From Candidatus Latescibacterota bacterium (GTDB lineage: Bacteria > Latescibacterota > UBA2968 > UBA8231): a stretch of 64,000 bases of DNA. This document shows, one piece after another, positions 18,098 through 27,810 of the stretch. The stretch covers positions 3,616,001 to 3,680,000 of the forward strand of contig CBDETK010000013.1 in the NCBI GenBank assembly GCA_965242865.1, written 5' to 3'. Below the pieces are notes generated by a model. The model was not told the DNA's origin. It saw nothing but the letters and a program-made list of their open reading frames with translations, and searched no databases. The position numbers and the translations under genes are program-made. Numbering within the stretch: the first letter of the stretch is position 1; each line of letters begins with the position of its first letter.

Positions 18098-20287
18098 TCA
18101 AAAGTTTGACATATAGCTAATTTTCGTCAGCAACACGCGCTCCACGGCCTCGTCCTTGGCCCGGTGTTCGTTATACGCGATGTAGAACCGGCTGTCGTTG
18201 ACGCCGAACCTGTAGCTCAAAAGGAGATTGAGATCGAGGGTGTCCTCGTGGAAGCTGCGCTGAAAAAAGCTGCGGACGAACACGTCGCGCTGGAAGAAGT
18301 ACGTCGTCCGCAGCAACAGGACGCGCTTGACTTCGTCCAACTCCCCGGAAGGGAAATACTCCCACACGGATTCGGTGCTAGAATCAAAAAAGAACCCCTT
18401 CCCCAAGTTGAATCGCAGTACGCCCGCTACGCGACGTATGTTGCCCAAATACTCGTCTTGAAAATCATATTGGTCTCGTAGTTGGCCGAAGACCTGGATC
18501 CGGTATCTGCGCCCGTTGCCGGTGTCAAAGCTAGCTTCAAACGAGTCGCCCTTGTACGTGTTTCGCTGCCACCGCATTTGCCAGTTCTTGTGATTGAACC
18601 ACGCGGACGAGTCATCCCATCGCCGCACAGACAGATCGACGTTGGTCCACTGCCATTCCCAGCCCTCTTCGTTGGTCCGCTGCTCGGCGACAAGCTCTTG
18701 GCCCAAGTAGATTTTTTGGATGCCGAGAAAATCGGGACGGAAGCTGTAGCTGCCATCAATGCCGAACTCTCGCTCGCCGACATCGGCGTCGTGCGGGATA
18801 AAGCCGATTTGATCGACGTTGAACCCCGGGTCAATCCAAGACGCCCAAGCCCGGAAGGGCCAGCGGTCGGAATTTCGCGTCAGGCGGCCGGTGTGCATTT
18901 TGTTTTGCTCGCCGACGTCCGCGCCAAAGCTCATGGCCGAACCGAGGAAGAGCTTGGCGTTTTCAGTCAGGCTCAACACGAGGTCGCTGCCGATGGCCTG
19001 CTGCCCTAGACTGTCATCCCTGCCGACCGCCAACGCGCCGATAGAGGAGTTGACCCCGAGGTCGCGCTTGAGGCGCAAGACGCCAAAATGCGGCTTGGTG
19101 CCATCCTCTTGGCGGTTGCGCGCCGCGATCAGGCCGAGGCTGTTCTTGCCGATCTTACCCGTTATTTTGCTGCCGACATCTGGGTCGCTAATCCGGCGAC
19201 TGTAAAAGAGATCCATCGGCGTAAAGAGCGTTTGCCCTTCGAGGAAGAAGGGCCGCTTCTCTCTAAGGTAGAGTTCAAACCGCGTCAGGTTGATTTGGCT
19301 TTCGTCGGCTTCGATGTGGGCAAAGTCTGGGTTGAGGGTGGCGTCGAGGGTGAGGTTGGAGGCGATGCCGTACTTCAGGTCGAGTCCCAAGTCGCCGGTC
19401 CACCCTTCGGTGGGCTGATCGCGCCGCTTTTCGTAACGCCCGGTCACATAAGGCCGGGTCTCTAAATGCAGCCCCTGTTTGATGCGGCCAATGCCGTGGA
19501 GGTGGCCGGCCTTGGACACCGTTAAGAGGTAGCGGACGTCTCTGGAGATAAACGCCCAGTTGCTGTTCTCGGTCCCGGTCCGGGCGATGCGTTGGACGTT
19601 GAGCCCCCACGTGTGCTGTTCGGATTCGGGGAAGCGCAGGGTCTTGAACGGGATGGCGAGCTCGGCACTCCAGCCGCGGTCGTGAAGGTGGGTCTCGGCC
19701 TGCCAGACGCCGTCCCAGTTCTGGTCGATGCCGCCCCAGCCGCCCGCCCCGTCGTCTTGGACGCGAAAATCGTTTTGGATGCCATAAGCGTTTATGTAGA
19801 AGCCGTAGGCGTTTTGGTGATCGTGATAGGTGTCTAGCACGAGGCCGACTAAGTCCAGCGGCGCGAACCGGCCATCTCGCTCCACCATGCGTCCTTCTAT
19901 GTTACTGGGTTCCTCGTCTAGCATGTCGAGGCCGATGTACAGGTAATCGGCGTCGTATAAGACGCGGATGAAGGTTTGGTTGGTGGCGGCGACGCCCTCA
20001 TGGGGGTCGATCAAAATGAAGCCGGTCGAAGGGGTGGCGATCTTCCAGCATTCGTCGTTTAGGGCACCATCTACTTTCGGTGGGATGTGCGTCTTGAAGG
20101 CGTCCATCTCTTTGTCGCTCTCGTGAGCCGGTGCGGACGGTGCGACGACGAGCATGGCCCAAGAGAGTAGAACCGCGAGGATGCGCTTGGTTGCATAAGC
20201 TGGGTTCGCTGTCATACTGGCCCTAATGCCGGGTGGCAGCCCTGAGCCATCCGTGGTGCTAAGCAGACATCCACTGTTCACAACCAT
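18098..20287 (-). CDS. DUF5916 protein with carbohydrate-binding family 9-like N-domain (probable outer-membrane protein)
   Basis: PKVDGAL...W, LDTYHD, WSAELAIPFKTLRF, DATLNPDFAHIEAD, EKRPFFLEG, LFYSRRI; ends in F. Confidence 0.8.
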   Translation of the reverse strand: MVVNSGCLLSTTDGSGLPPGIRASMTANPAYATKRILAVLLSWAMLVVAPSAPAHESDKEMDAFKTHIPPKVDGALNDECWKIATPSTGFILIDPHEGVAATNQTFIRVLYDADYLYIGLDMLDEEPSNIEGRMVERDGRFAPLDLVGLVLDTYHDHQNAYGFYINAYGIQNDFRVQDDGAGGWGGIDQNWDGVWQAETHLHDRGWSAELAIPFKTLRFPESEQHTWGLNVQRIARTGTENSNWAFISRDVRYLLTVSKAGHLHGIGRIKQGLHLETRPYVTGRYEKRRDQPTEGWTGDLGLDLKYGIASNLTLDATLNPDFAHIEADESQINLTRFELYLREKRPFFLEGQTLFTPMDLFYSRRISDPDVGSKITGKIGKNSLGLIAARNRQEDGTKPHFGVLRLKRDLGVNSSIGALAVGRDDSLGQQAIGSDLVLSLTENAKLFLGSAMSFGADVGEQNKMHTGRLTRNSDRWPFRAWASWIDPGFNVDQIGFIPHDADVGEREFGIDGSYSFRPDFLGIQKIYLGQELVAEQRTNEEGWEWQWTNVDLSVRRWDDSSAWFNHKNWQMRWQRNTYKGDSFEASFDTGNGRRYRIQVFGQLRDQYDFQDEYLGNIRRVAGVLRFNLGKGFFFDSSTESVWEYFPSGELDEVKRVLLLRTTYFFQRDVFVRSFFQRSFHEDTLDLNLLLSYRFGVNDSRFYIAYNEHRAKDEAVERVLLTKISYMSNF

Positions 20288-20382
20288 TGTGTTTCTCCTC
20301 TTACCTTATTGTCCACCACTGGGAAACCCGTACGAGCCGCCCAGATCAAGACCCTTGTCTCCGTGTAGGTACCTTCCCCGTT

Positions 20383-22206
20383 CTATTTATATCTATCGGC
20401 CTGCATTTTGAACATTGAAGCGTACTTCCCATCCGCCGCCATGAGTTCCGCGTGACTGCCGTCTTCGGCAATACTCCCTTTGTCCAGAACGATAATGCGA
20501 TCGGCCATTTTGACGGTGGAAAGCCGGTGGGATATGAGCAATGTTATCTTGCCCTGCGTCAGTCCTTTGAACCGAAGATACATAGAATACTCTGCCTCGG
20601 CATCTAAGGCAGATGTAGGTTCATCGAGAATGAGTAAACCCGCATCGCTTCTGACGAAGGCTCTCGCCATCGCAACTTTCTGCCATTCTCCTTCAGATAG
20701 GTCAACGCCGCCAGCAAACTGTCTGCCTAATAGGGTGGAGTAGCCGTTAGCTAGCTTGGCAATAAGAGGGGTAGCCATACCCTTCTCGGCAGCTTCCTTT
20801 ATTAAGGCCAGATCGTCCACATTTTCTACTTTTCCGATTCCTATATTCTCGCGTACCGTCAGACTGAAACGCGAGAAGTCTTGAAAAATAGCTGAAATAT
20901 TGTTCCTCCAAGAATCGACTTCGTATTGTCTCAAATCAACTCCATTGATAAGGATACATCCGCTCGTCGGATCGTAGAAGCGACACAACAATTTGACAAT
21001 AGTGCTCTTTCCGGCTCCGTTGTCGCCTATCAAGGCGACAGTCTCGCCGGCGTTTATGGTGAAAGATACCCCTCCTAAAATTTCAGTCGCGCTTTCGGGA
21101 TAAGAGAAGTGGACATTCCTAAATTCAATAGTGGCCAGAGGTTTTTGGTGCTCGTGTGCTTCCAGTTCAGCCTTGGTCAATACAGGTTTGAGATTCAAAA
21201 ATTTCATAAAATCTCTATACTGAAAAGCCACCTCGGATAATTGGCCGCTCATCAAGGTGAACATCCAAAGAGTTTCCTGAACGGTTGTAACTGCTGAAAA
21301 ATAAAGCGCGATATCACCCGGTGTTATATCTCCTCTGGTGACGAGGTAGGTCACATAGACATACATACTAGCTAGCCCAATTCCACTCAACAAGGCAAAT
21401 TTTGACGTTAAGTGAGCGTGATCTATTTTTACAACCTTTACTGTTTTTAGGATTTTGTCGAACCCCGTGCTATATCGGTTTATGAAATACTTTCCGATAT
21501 TTAATGTCTTTATTTCTTTGATGGTCTTGGGATCGACCATTATCTGGAAGTAATAGTCGAGCTTACGAGATTCCGGCACATTGCTCCACATGACATCGTA
21601 CGATTTTTTATAATGGCGAAGCTGGACAATCAGGTGAGGGATAGAAACAATCACTAGTACCAAAGGTATAACCCAGTCTATTTTGAATAAGAGAAACAAA
21701 ATAAAAATCAGTGTGACGAAATTGCGAATTGAGGCTGAGATGAGCCAGAGCATAGTTTCAGGTAGAAACGTATGACGTTGCAGATATTGAAGGCGGTCGT
21801 AGAATTTAGGGGTTTCAAAGTAAAAAAGTCCGGGTAAAGAGGCTGAAGTCTCCATAATCATTTGATCGACTTTTCTTTGCAAACGATCGCACAGAGTTGT
21901 TCTAATCGCTTCACTTGCCGGGTTTATAATGAAATAGGCTACTTGAGAAAAAATAAAAATACCTCCCCAAAAAATGTGGCGATACGTAGCACCATCTTCC
22001 TGCGCTTGGTTGGTATCTATAATCGAGTACGAGATTTGATCGACGACGTACTTGACGACTAAAGCCGATAGCCCCGGTAGGATGCTTGCTAAAGTAAGCA
22101 AAAGAATAAACGCGATTGTCAGAAAGGCATCAGCTTTCCATGCTAAGTAAATAATACTACCACTAGCTCTTACCAGTTGTTTCGTTTGACTGATTAGCCG
22201 GTTCAT
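20383..22206 (-). CDS. ABC exporter (TMD+NBD), lasso cluster D2
   Basis: GDNGAGKST, LSEGEWQK, LILDEPT, ISHR. Confidence 0.92.
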   Translation of the reverse strand: MNRLISQTKQLVRASGSIIYLAWKADAFLTIAFILLLTLASILPGLSALVVKYVVDQISYSIIDTNQAQEDGATYRHIFWGGIFIFSQVAYFIINPASEAIRTTLCDRLQRKVDQMIMETSASLPGLFYFETPKFYDRLQYLQRHTFLPETMLWLISASIRNFVTLIFILFLLFKIDWVIPLVLVIVSIPHLIVQLRHYKKSYDVMWSNVPESRKLDYYFQIMVDPKTIKEIKTLNIGKYFINRYSTGFDKILKTVKVVKIDHAHLTSKFALLSGIGLASMYVYVTYLVTRGDITPGDIALYFSAVTTVQETLWMFTLMSGQLSEVAFQYRDFMKFLNLKPVLTKAELEAHEHQKPLATIEFRNVHFSYPESATEILGGVSFTINAGETVALIGDNGAGKSTIVKLLCRFYDPTSGCILINGVDLRQYEVDSWRNNISAIFQDFSRFSLTVRENIGIGKVENVDDLALIKEAAEKGMATPLIAKLANGYSTLLGRQFAGGVDLSEGEWQKVAMARAFVRSDAGLLILDEPTSALDAEAEYSMYLRFKGLTQGKITLLISHRLSTVKMADRIIVLDKGSIAEDGSHAELMAADGKYASMFKMQADRYK

Positions 22207-24065
22207 CTTTTATATTGCTTCGCTTGCATATTATACAATTCTGAGTAAACTCCTCGGAGATTGATCAGGGCACTATGGTTGCCTTCTTCTACGATACGGC
22301 CCCCTTCCAAGACTATGATTCTATCCACTACATGGGCTGTGGATAGCCGGTGGGATATGATCAGCGTGACCTTGTTCTTCGTTAAATCGCGAAAGTGGAG
22401 ATACGTTTCGTATTCGCTTTGCACATCTAGTGCTGCCGTGGGTTCATCCAGAATCAAAATCCGTGCATCTCTAAAAAAAGCACGGGCGATAGCCAGTTTT
22501 TGCCATTGGCCAATGGACAATTCAGTGCCTCCCTCAAACTGTTTTCCGAGGAGGGTGGCAAATTTATTTGGAAGTTTTTTAATAAAATCAGCTCCTGCTT
22601 GGTCTGCGGCCTCTTTTATCTTCTTCTTTTTTATAAGGCTTAGATTCCCCAACCCTATGTTTTCTTCGACCGTCAATTGATATCGGTTATAGTCTTGAAA
22701 AACAATTCCTATATTCTTTCGCAGTTCATCGAGGTCAAAGTGGCTGATTGGAATCCCATTGATCAGAATCTGTCCGCTGTGCGGATCGTACAAACGGACC
22801 AAGAGTTTGACAATAGTGGTCTTGCCAGCACCGTTTCTTCCCACTAGGGAAACTGATTCGTTGAAACTGATCGAAAAGGATACCTGATTTAATATCAGAC
22901 GGTCTGTTCTAGGGTATCTAAAACTCACCTCCTTAAAGTCAACGCGCTCGATAAAATCTGGGAAGGATCTCATTTTTTGATTGGAAATTATTTTAATAGC
23001 AGGTTTGGCTTGCAGAAGTGCAAAAAGATGAGAGAGCAACCTACCTCTTTGGAAAAGCATAGCAACGCCGAACATGCACTCGTTTGAATACATCCACAAC
23101 TGTATCGCTGCCGTTAGATAAGCGACTAAAGATCCGACAGTTAGCAATCCTTCCGTGGCTTGATGGACTAGATGGCTATAGACTGCATATAGGCCCACGC
23201 TACCAAATACGGTACACAAGGACAGCCAGAGAAACTCTCTGAAACGGACATTCCACAGAGTCGCCGTTATCTTCTTGAAAGTCTCATCGTACCGCAATAA
23301 AAAGAAACGGTACAGTCCCAGTAATTTTACATCCTTAGCGACTTCATACGAAAGCATCTGATTGCGGTAATAATCGAGCTTCCTCGCTTCAGGAGCCTGA
23401 TGTTGTATAGCAATGCCGGCCCTATTGGTGAAGACGTAATTCACTAAAGCATACGGTATTATTGTTAAAAGAAAAAAACCAGCAAAAATAAAATCGAGGG
23501 TGCTTAAAAACATGGCAATAAATACTATTTGCAATACATATTTACATGTATCAAAACCAAATATAACCACATCCGCAACGTTGGGCTGAATCCTTTGAAT
23601 TTGCCGTAATTGGTCGTGAAATTTCGGGTTTTCAAAATGCACCAGATCGGGCAACCCATCAACCGCATCCATCGTCAAGGTCGCGATATAACCTTTCATT
23701 TTATCCGCTAAAATACTTTGAAGGGCTAACGCTATAGGGGAAGTAATCGCGGTTAAGACAATGATGCACACCAATGCTATAAGATATAATAAAATGGAGT
23801 CGATGTCTCTATTTTCCATCTTGGATATTTTGATAGCATCATCGATCACAAATTTCATCAAATAAAGTTTCAAGGCCGGTAATATACTTTGTATGAGGGT
23901 CAGAGTGGCCATGCCAGACAATAAAGACAGTGGTGCCACCTGCCATATCATTACCGCAGTTTTACCTATCGCCGTACTAGCACTTTTTAACTCTTTGATA
24001 GAAGGCCACCAAGATTCGAGTTCTATTTTTTTATTTTTGTCCATTACCTTGGAATCCATTGCCAA
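22203..24065 (-). CDS. ABC exporter (TMD+NBD), lasso cluster D1
   Basis: GRNGAGKTT, LSIGQWQK, ILDEPT; overlaps both neighbours. Confidence 0.92.
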   Translation of the reverse strand: MAMDSKVMDKNKKIELESWWPSIKELKSASTAIGKTAVMIWQVAPLSLLSGMATLTLIQSILPALKLYLMKFVIDDAIKISKMENRDIDSILLYLIALVCIIVLTAITSPIALALQSILADKMKGYIATLTMDAVDGLPDLVHFENPKFHDQLRQIQRIQPNVADVVIFGFDTCKYVLQIVFIAMFLSTLDFIFAGFFLLTIIPYALVNYVFTNRAGIAIQHQAPEARKLDYYRNQMLSYEVAKDVKLLGLYRFFLLRYDETFKKITATLWNVRFREFLWLSLCTVFGSVGLYAVYSHLVHQATEGLLTVGSLVAYLTAAIQLWMYSNECMFGVAMLFQRGRLLSHLFALLQAKPAIKIISNQKMRSFPDFIERVDFKEVSFRYPRTDRLILNQVSFSISFNESVSLVGRNGAGKTTIVKLLVRLYDPHSGQILINGIPISHFDLDELRKNIGIVFQDYNRYQLTVEENIGLGNLSLIKKKKIKEAADQAGADFIKKLPNKFATLLGKQFEGGTELSIGQWQKLAIARAFFRDARILILDEPTAALDVQSEYETYLHFRDLTKNKVTLIISHRLSTAHVVDRIIVLEGGRIVEEGNHSALINLRGVYSELYNMQAKQYKR

Positions 24066-25003
24066 AGGGTCGAGTGGTTGAACTTAGTTATCTGCTTAGT
24101 CCCCAATTCAAATCCTTTGTAGAGAACTTCGACATCCCACTTCCAAATACAACCAGATGCTCCCGGACTAGCAATTAACCGGACGTCAACTCTGTCGTTT
24201 TCGTTGATGGGTAATGGCTTATAAATGGGTAAAAATATATTGTCCCAAGATGCCGTCTTTGAAGGAGGTGCATTAGTAATATATATGTCGTCAAATAGAC
24301 ACGCTCTAAACCATCCGCAAAGCCCTTGAAGTGTACCTTCTCTTTTTATTTTAAATGAAAATTTTGGACTTGCAAATCCAGATTTCTTTTTAGTATGGAA
24401 ATTGATCTGATGCACTGTTTGAGGTTCACTTAAGAAGTAAGACGGTTTTGCTCTAGTGCTATACACTTCATTCAGAGCCATTTCTCTTACACAAGAAAAA
24501 TCTATTCCGTACACATCTATACTCCATATATCTACTTCGCCATATAGTTGGTCATCTTCGACAGGTACGAGTATCATTTGTAAGCTAGTTGGTACTATCT
24601 TGCCGTTCTTCTTTAGAAATCTGTCACGGGCATCTGATATTGTCTCCACCACATTTTGGCCGAGCCCAAATTTTGAAATTAATTCAGAGATTATGACATC
24701 TGCCTTTTGTGGAATTTCGACATTTTGAGATTCGTCATTAATAAAAGTGATCTGTCTTGTGAAATTATTGCATTTAGCAATCTTTTCCGCCACTTTTACC
24801 ATTGCTGTCCTTTCAATCGCGTAAACTCGCTTTGCGCCAGCTTGGCACGCGAAGAAGGCCAATAATCCACTGCCCGTCCCAATATCGACAACAACGTCTC
24901 CTGGATTAACGCTACGCATTATTGCTTCTCTGTATAGCTGGTTGCGTAATGTATCTCCGACTAATAGTCGATGAAACGAGACACTGCTGAAATCTTCTGA
25001 CAT
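24044..25003 (-). CDS. Protein-arginine N-methyltransferase (PRMT)-like SAM-dependent methyltransferase
   Basis: H....D..R...Y..AI helix, VVDIGTGSGLLA, AGAKRVYAIE, DVIISE, ARDRFLKKNG..VP, beta-barrel GLCGWF and ASW loop (THW/FSW equivalent). Confidence 0.8.
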   Translation of the reverse strand: MSEDFSSVSFHRLLVGDTLRNQLYREAIMRSVNPGDVVVDIGTGSGLLAFFACQAGAKRVYAIERTAMVKVAEKIAKCNNFTRQITFINDESQNVEIPQKADVIISELISKFGLGQNVVETISDARDRFLKKNGKIVPTSLQMILVPVEDDQLYGEVDIWSIDVYGIDFSCVREMALNEVYSTRAKPSYFLSEPQTVHQINFHTKKKSGFASPKFSFKIKREGTLQGLCGWFRACLFDDIYITNAPPSKTASWDNIFLPIYKPLPINENDRVDVRLIASPGASGCIWKWDVEVLYKGFELGTKQITKFNHSTLWQWIPR

Positions 25004-25176
25004 TTTGTACCCTCGTTAATCTTAATCTCTTAAAAATAACAAATCTGCCTCAAATCAGGCTATGCTTCTACCTCGATAGGAGAGTTTTGGATAATATGCT
25101 CTTTTCCCGCGAAAACGGGAATCCAGCCGGTATCGTTTAGACGCAAAGGACAACCATCAGAGTTTTCAGACAGCTT

Positions 25177-25288
25177 TGCTCTGTTGAAAAGGCTTATTTA
25201 TTAGCTTGGTTCGCTCCATTATTCTATAATAACATCGTAGGAGCAAGCTATACAAGAAGCCTCCTTAACTCTGCTTTTCAACAGAGCA
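25177..25288. mobile_element. 112-bp MITE
   Basis: Perfect 15-bp TIR tgctctgttgaaaag/cttttcaacagagca flanked by a 9-bp direct repeat agacagctt (25168-25176, 25289-25297). Confidence 0.8.
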
Positions 25289-25297
25289 AGACAGCTT

Positions 25298-25465
25298 CTA
25301 AGAAGCGTTCTTAAATAGGTATTCGGGGTCTCCGGGGTCTCAATCGGCTCAGGCTATTTAGGGCCGCGGCCATCTTCGCCCTATGAAAAACGCTGGACGC
25401 CAAGGCCGCTCGACAGCCTCGCCAAGCACCAAGCGTCCAACAGGGATTTTAAAAAGGCTTCTTAG
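25298..25465. mobile_element. Second MITE-like element
   Basis: Imperfect 18-bp TIR (16/18) ctaagaagcgttcttaaa / tttaaaaaggcttcttag; the right end overlaps the stop codon of 25462-26517. Confidence 0.55.
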
Positions 25466-26517
25466 TTTTCTATTTTTAAAACTTCCAATTTTCTAGTTCC
25501 GCTCATAGCGGCCGATTTAACGCCAGCATAAATCTCACCTTGGCTACCTTCTACTAAGCGGTATATTTCTCCATATTCTCTGTCTTTCTCCAGTTCGATC
25601 CAAACCTCTCTACATTTCCCATTCTCTCTCATCAACAGGAGTTTTACTCCACCTTTTCTCTGGAAATATGGAAGAGATATCAACATATCGCTGTCCCTTT
25701 GTAAAATCGATTGAGTAAAGCTTTTTCCAGCTTTAAGGTACTCGTCATCTATCTTACCATAAGTTACAACTCTATCTTCTCGAGTAAACAAGTGTATTGT
25801 ACCTGTAGCATCCCGGATAATGCGGCTTCCATCTTTCATAATTCCGACACACCTGCCCTCAGACTCTGTAGGCAAGCGGGCAACTTCGATTTCTTTTTTT
25901 TCTTCCAAAGTATAGATGGTCCCTTCTCTTCCCAACCATAAAATCTTACTATTTTGCCACCAGATGCTGTAAGGAGGCTTTGTACAGCCCCATACCTCAG
26001 CAACGCATTCTGATTCATTTGTACTGACATCAACTCGGTAGACTTGGTCATGTGGATATGCTATAGCGTAGAAGATAGGCTCTCTTGGCACCTTCGCCAG
26101 AGATCTAATCCCTTGTCTTTCTGCTACAAATCCCAATCTTCGGGGTTTCCACTCAGGGGATGAGCAGCTAAAAATGTACCCACCTTTATACTCATAACTA
26201 GGATCTTGGGTGATATTGGGCGTGGGACCATGGTGGGTAGCTCCGTATAAAATGCCATCTTCTCGCAGCAGAGACATATACACTTTAGAGTGAAATCTGG
26301 GTTCTGAAGCCAGATCTAGATCCGATGCGAGCATGACTCTCTTACTAATGTGGGATAGCGTATTGATTGCATACATCTGACAAGCCCGTTGTTTAAAACC
26401 CCACGTCGACAATGGAACAAAAAGAGTCTCATCAATGCATTCCATGTCCCAGATAACGGCTAACTGATTTTCTTTATCCACATACGAAGCGATTATATTT
26501 GCCTTCCAACGTTCCAT
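25462..26517 (-). CDS. Hypothetical beta-propeller-like protein in lasso cluster
   Basis: 351-aa ORF, co-oriented, with RBS; repeated DG.LYG / G.IY / QVYRVD blade-like segments. Confidence 0.6.
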   Translation of the reverse strand: MERWKANIIASYVDKENQLAVIWDMECIDETLFVPLSTWGFKQRACQMYAINTLSHISKRVMLASDLDLASEPRFHSKVYMSLLREDGILYGATHHGPTPNITQDPSYEYKGGYIFSCSSPEWKPRRLGFVAERQGIRSLAKVPREPIFYAIAYPHDQVYRVDVSTNESECVAEVWGCTKPPYSIWWQNSKILWLGREGTIYTLEEKKEIEVARLPTESEGRCVGIMKDGSRIIRDATGTIHLFTREDRVVTYGKIDDEYLKAGKSFTQSILQRDSDMLISLPYFQRKGGVKLLLMRENGKCREVWIELEKDREYGEIYRLVEGSQGEIYAGVKSAAMSGTRKLEVLKIEN

Positions 26518-26526
26518 TTTTTCCTC

Positions 26527-27795
26527 TTAAGATGGGTGTAGGTCACGTGGGGACTTTATTTTTACTTTTTCTTTTTTCTCTTTAGCACTCGCTACTTTAG
26601 CGGCGATTATCTGACCGATCTCTCCATTTCTTATAACTACCCCGTTTGCCGTTAATAGATGCACTCCATTCAACCATCTGTTCGGATTGCACAGTCGGCC
26701 TGATATGTCTTGATGAGGTATTCTTATCTCTCTTTTCCCAGGTACAATCTGACCCTCGGAATTTACGTCCAATACTAATATATCATCTTTGCTGTCGCTC
26801 TCAGAAGTTCCAATTACTCTTATCAGGGCATCCAAGCTATCGCCTTGGAAAAGAGCATTCATCTTTCTAAAAAAATAGCCCATCGGGACCTGTAACTGAT
26901 GTTCGAATATTCTTTCTGCTATAATTTCTATACCTTCTTCGCTACTCACTACCTGATCTAACAGGATGTTGAGATTAGCGAAACGCCCCAGTTCCAAGTC
27001 GCTACCTATGATAGAAGCCGTCAAGCTCTGCATGAACACGGCTGCTTCATTCGCCAAGAGGAGGAAAGAATCGATAAGGTCTGGAACCCGGAGAGGTAAG
27101 CCCAATAAATCTGTTGTTATGGCGCGGTCATTCGCGCTTTTCCAAAGACCCATGGGTTGGGGGCCATTATCTTTATACGGCCTAATCGTCATTAGTGGTC
27201 TCGAGCCATCAGTCGAAAGAGACTGCGCCATTCGCTGAATAAAAGGATAAAGTCTATCAATAACTGGATCGGCTAAATCACTATATGGATCGTCGAAACT
27301 TTTAAATAGGTTCAAGCGCGGTAAAGAGAAAAGCTTGTATTCTGTGGCTAGTATATCTTTAACCTCGTCTACTGCTTTTTCGTTGACTAAGATTTCTACC
27401 GAACGGGAGCGCCCAAAGGAATCCTCGCCATAAATCCTTCGTCCCAACCCCATAGTCGGCCATATGGTAAAATCAACTCCTCGTTTCAGCAACATGCTGC
27501 CAAACTGGCGTAGCAGCGCGAGTTGATATCTCTCCAGATTGGCCAGTTCCGCACGAAAAAACAGACACTCTGGATCTATCGGATTCAAAGTTTCCTCCGG
27601 GGGCCGCATAGTGTACTGGAACCGGTATCTCAGCATATGGGGCAACACACGCTGTTGCAGCAGCACAGATAGTAGCGGCCTATTTTCGCTCTGGAGTATA
27701 TCGGGCGGTTTGAGGGAGTCTATATAAGCCAGATCGAATTTGGGTTTAGCCAATTCAACCATTATCTCCCATACATCTTCTTTCAATTCTTCCAT
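26527..27795 (-). CDS. Nucleotidyltransferase-family-like protein (degenerate)
   Basis: LLKRGVDF....GLGRRIYG....GRSRSVEILV resembles the NTP_transf_5 signature (KG..l...Y....R...DxD.l) but lacks the DxD; this family is common in lasso clusters. Confidence 0.5.
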   Translation of the reverse strand: MEELKEDVWEIMVELAKPKFDLAYIDSLKPPDILQSENRPLLSVLLQQRVLPHMLRYRFQYTMRPPEETLNPIDPECLFFRAELANLERYQLALLRQFGSMLLKRGVDFTIWPTMGLGRRIYGEDSFGRSRSVEILVNEKAVDEVKDILATEYKLFSLPRLNLFKSFDDPYSDLADPVIDRLYPFIQRMAQSLSTDGSRPLMTIRPYKDNGPQPMGLWKSANDRAITTDLLGLPLRVPDLIDSFLLLANEAAVFMQSLTASIIGSDLELGRFANLNILLDQVVSSEEGIEIIAERIFEHQLQVPMGYFFRKMNALFQGDSLDALIRVIGTSESDSKDDILVLDVNSEGQIVPGKREIRIPHQDISGRLCNPNRWLNGVHLLTANGVVIRNGEIGQIIAAKVASAKEKKEKVKIKSPRDLHPS

Positions 27796-27810
27796 TTCCA
27801 GTCACTTCTA

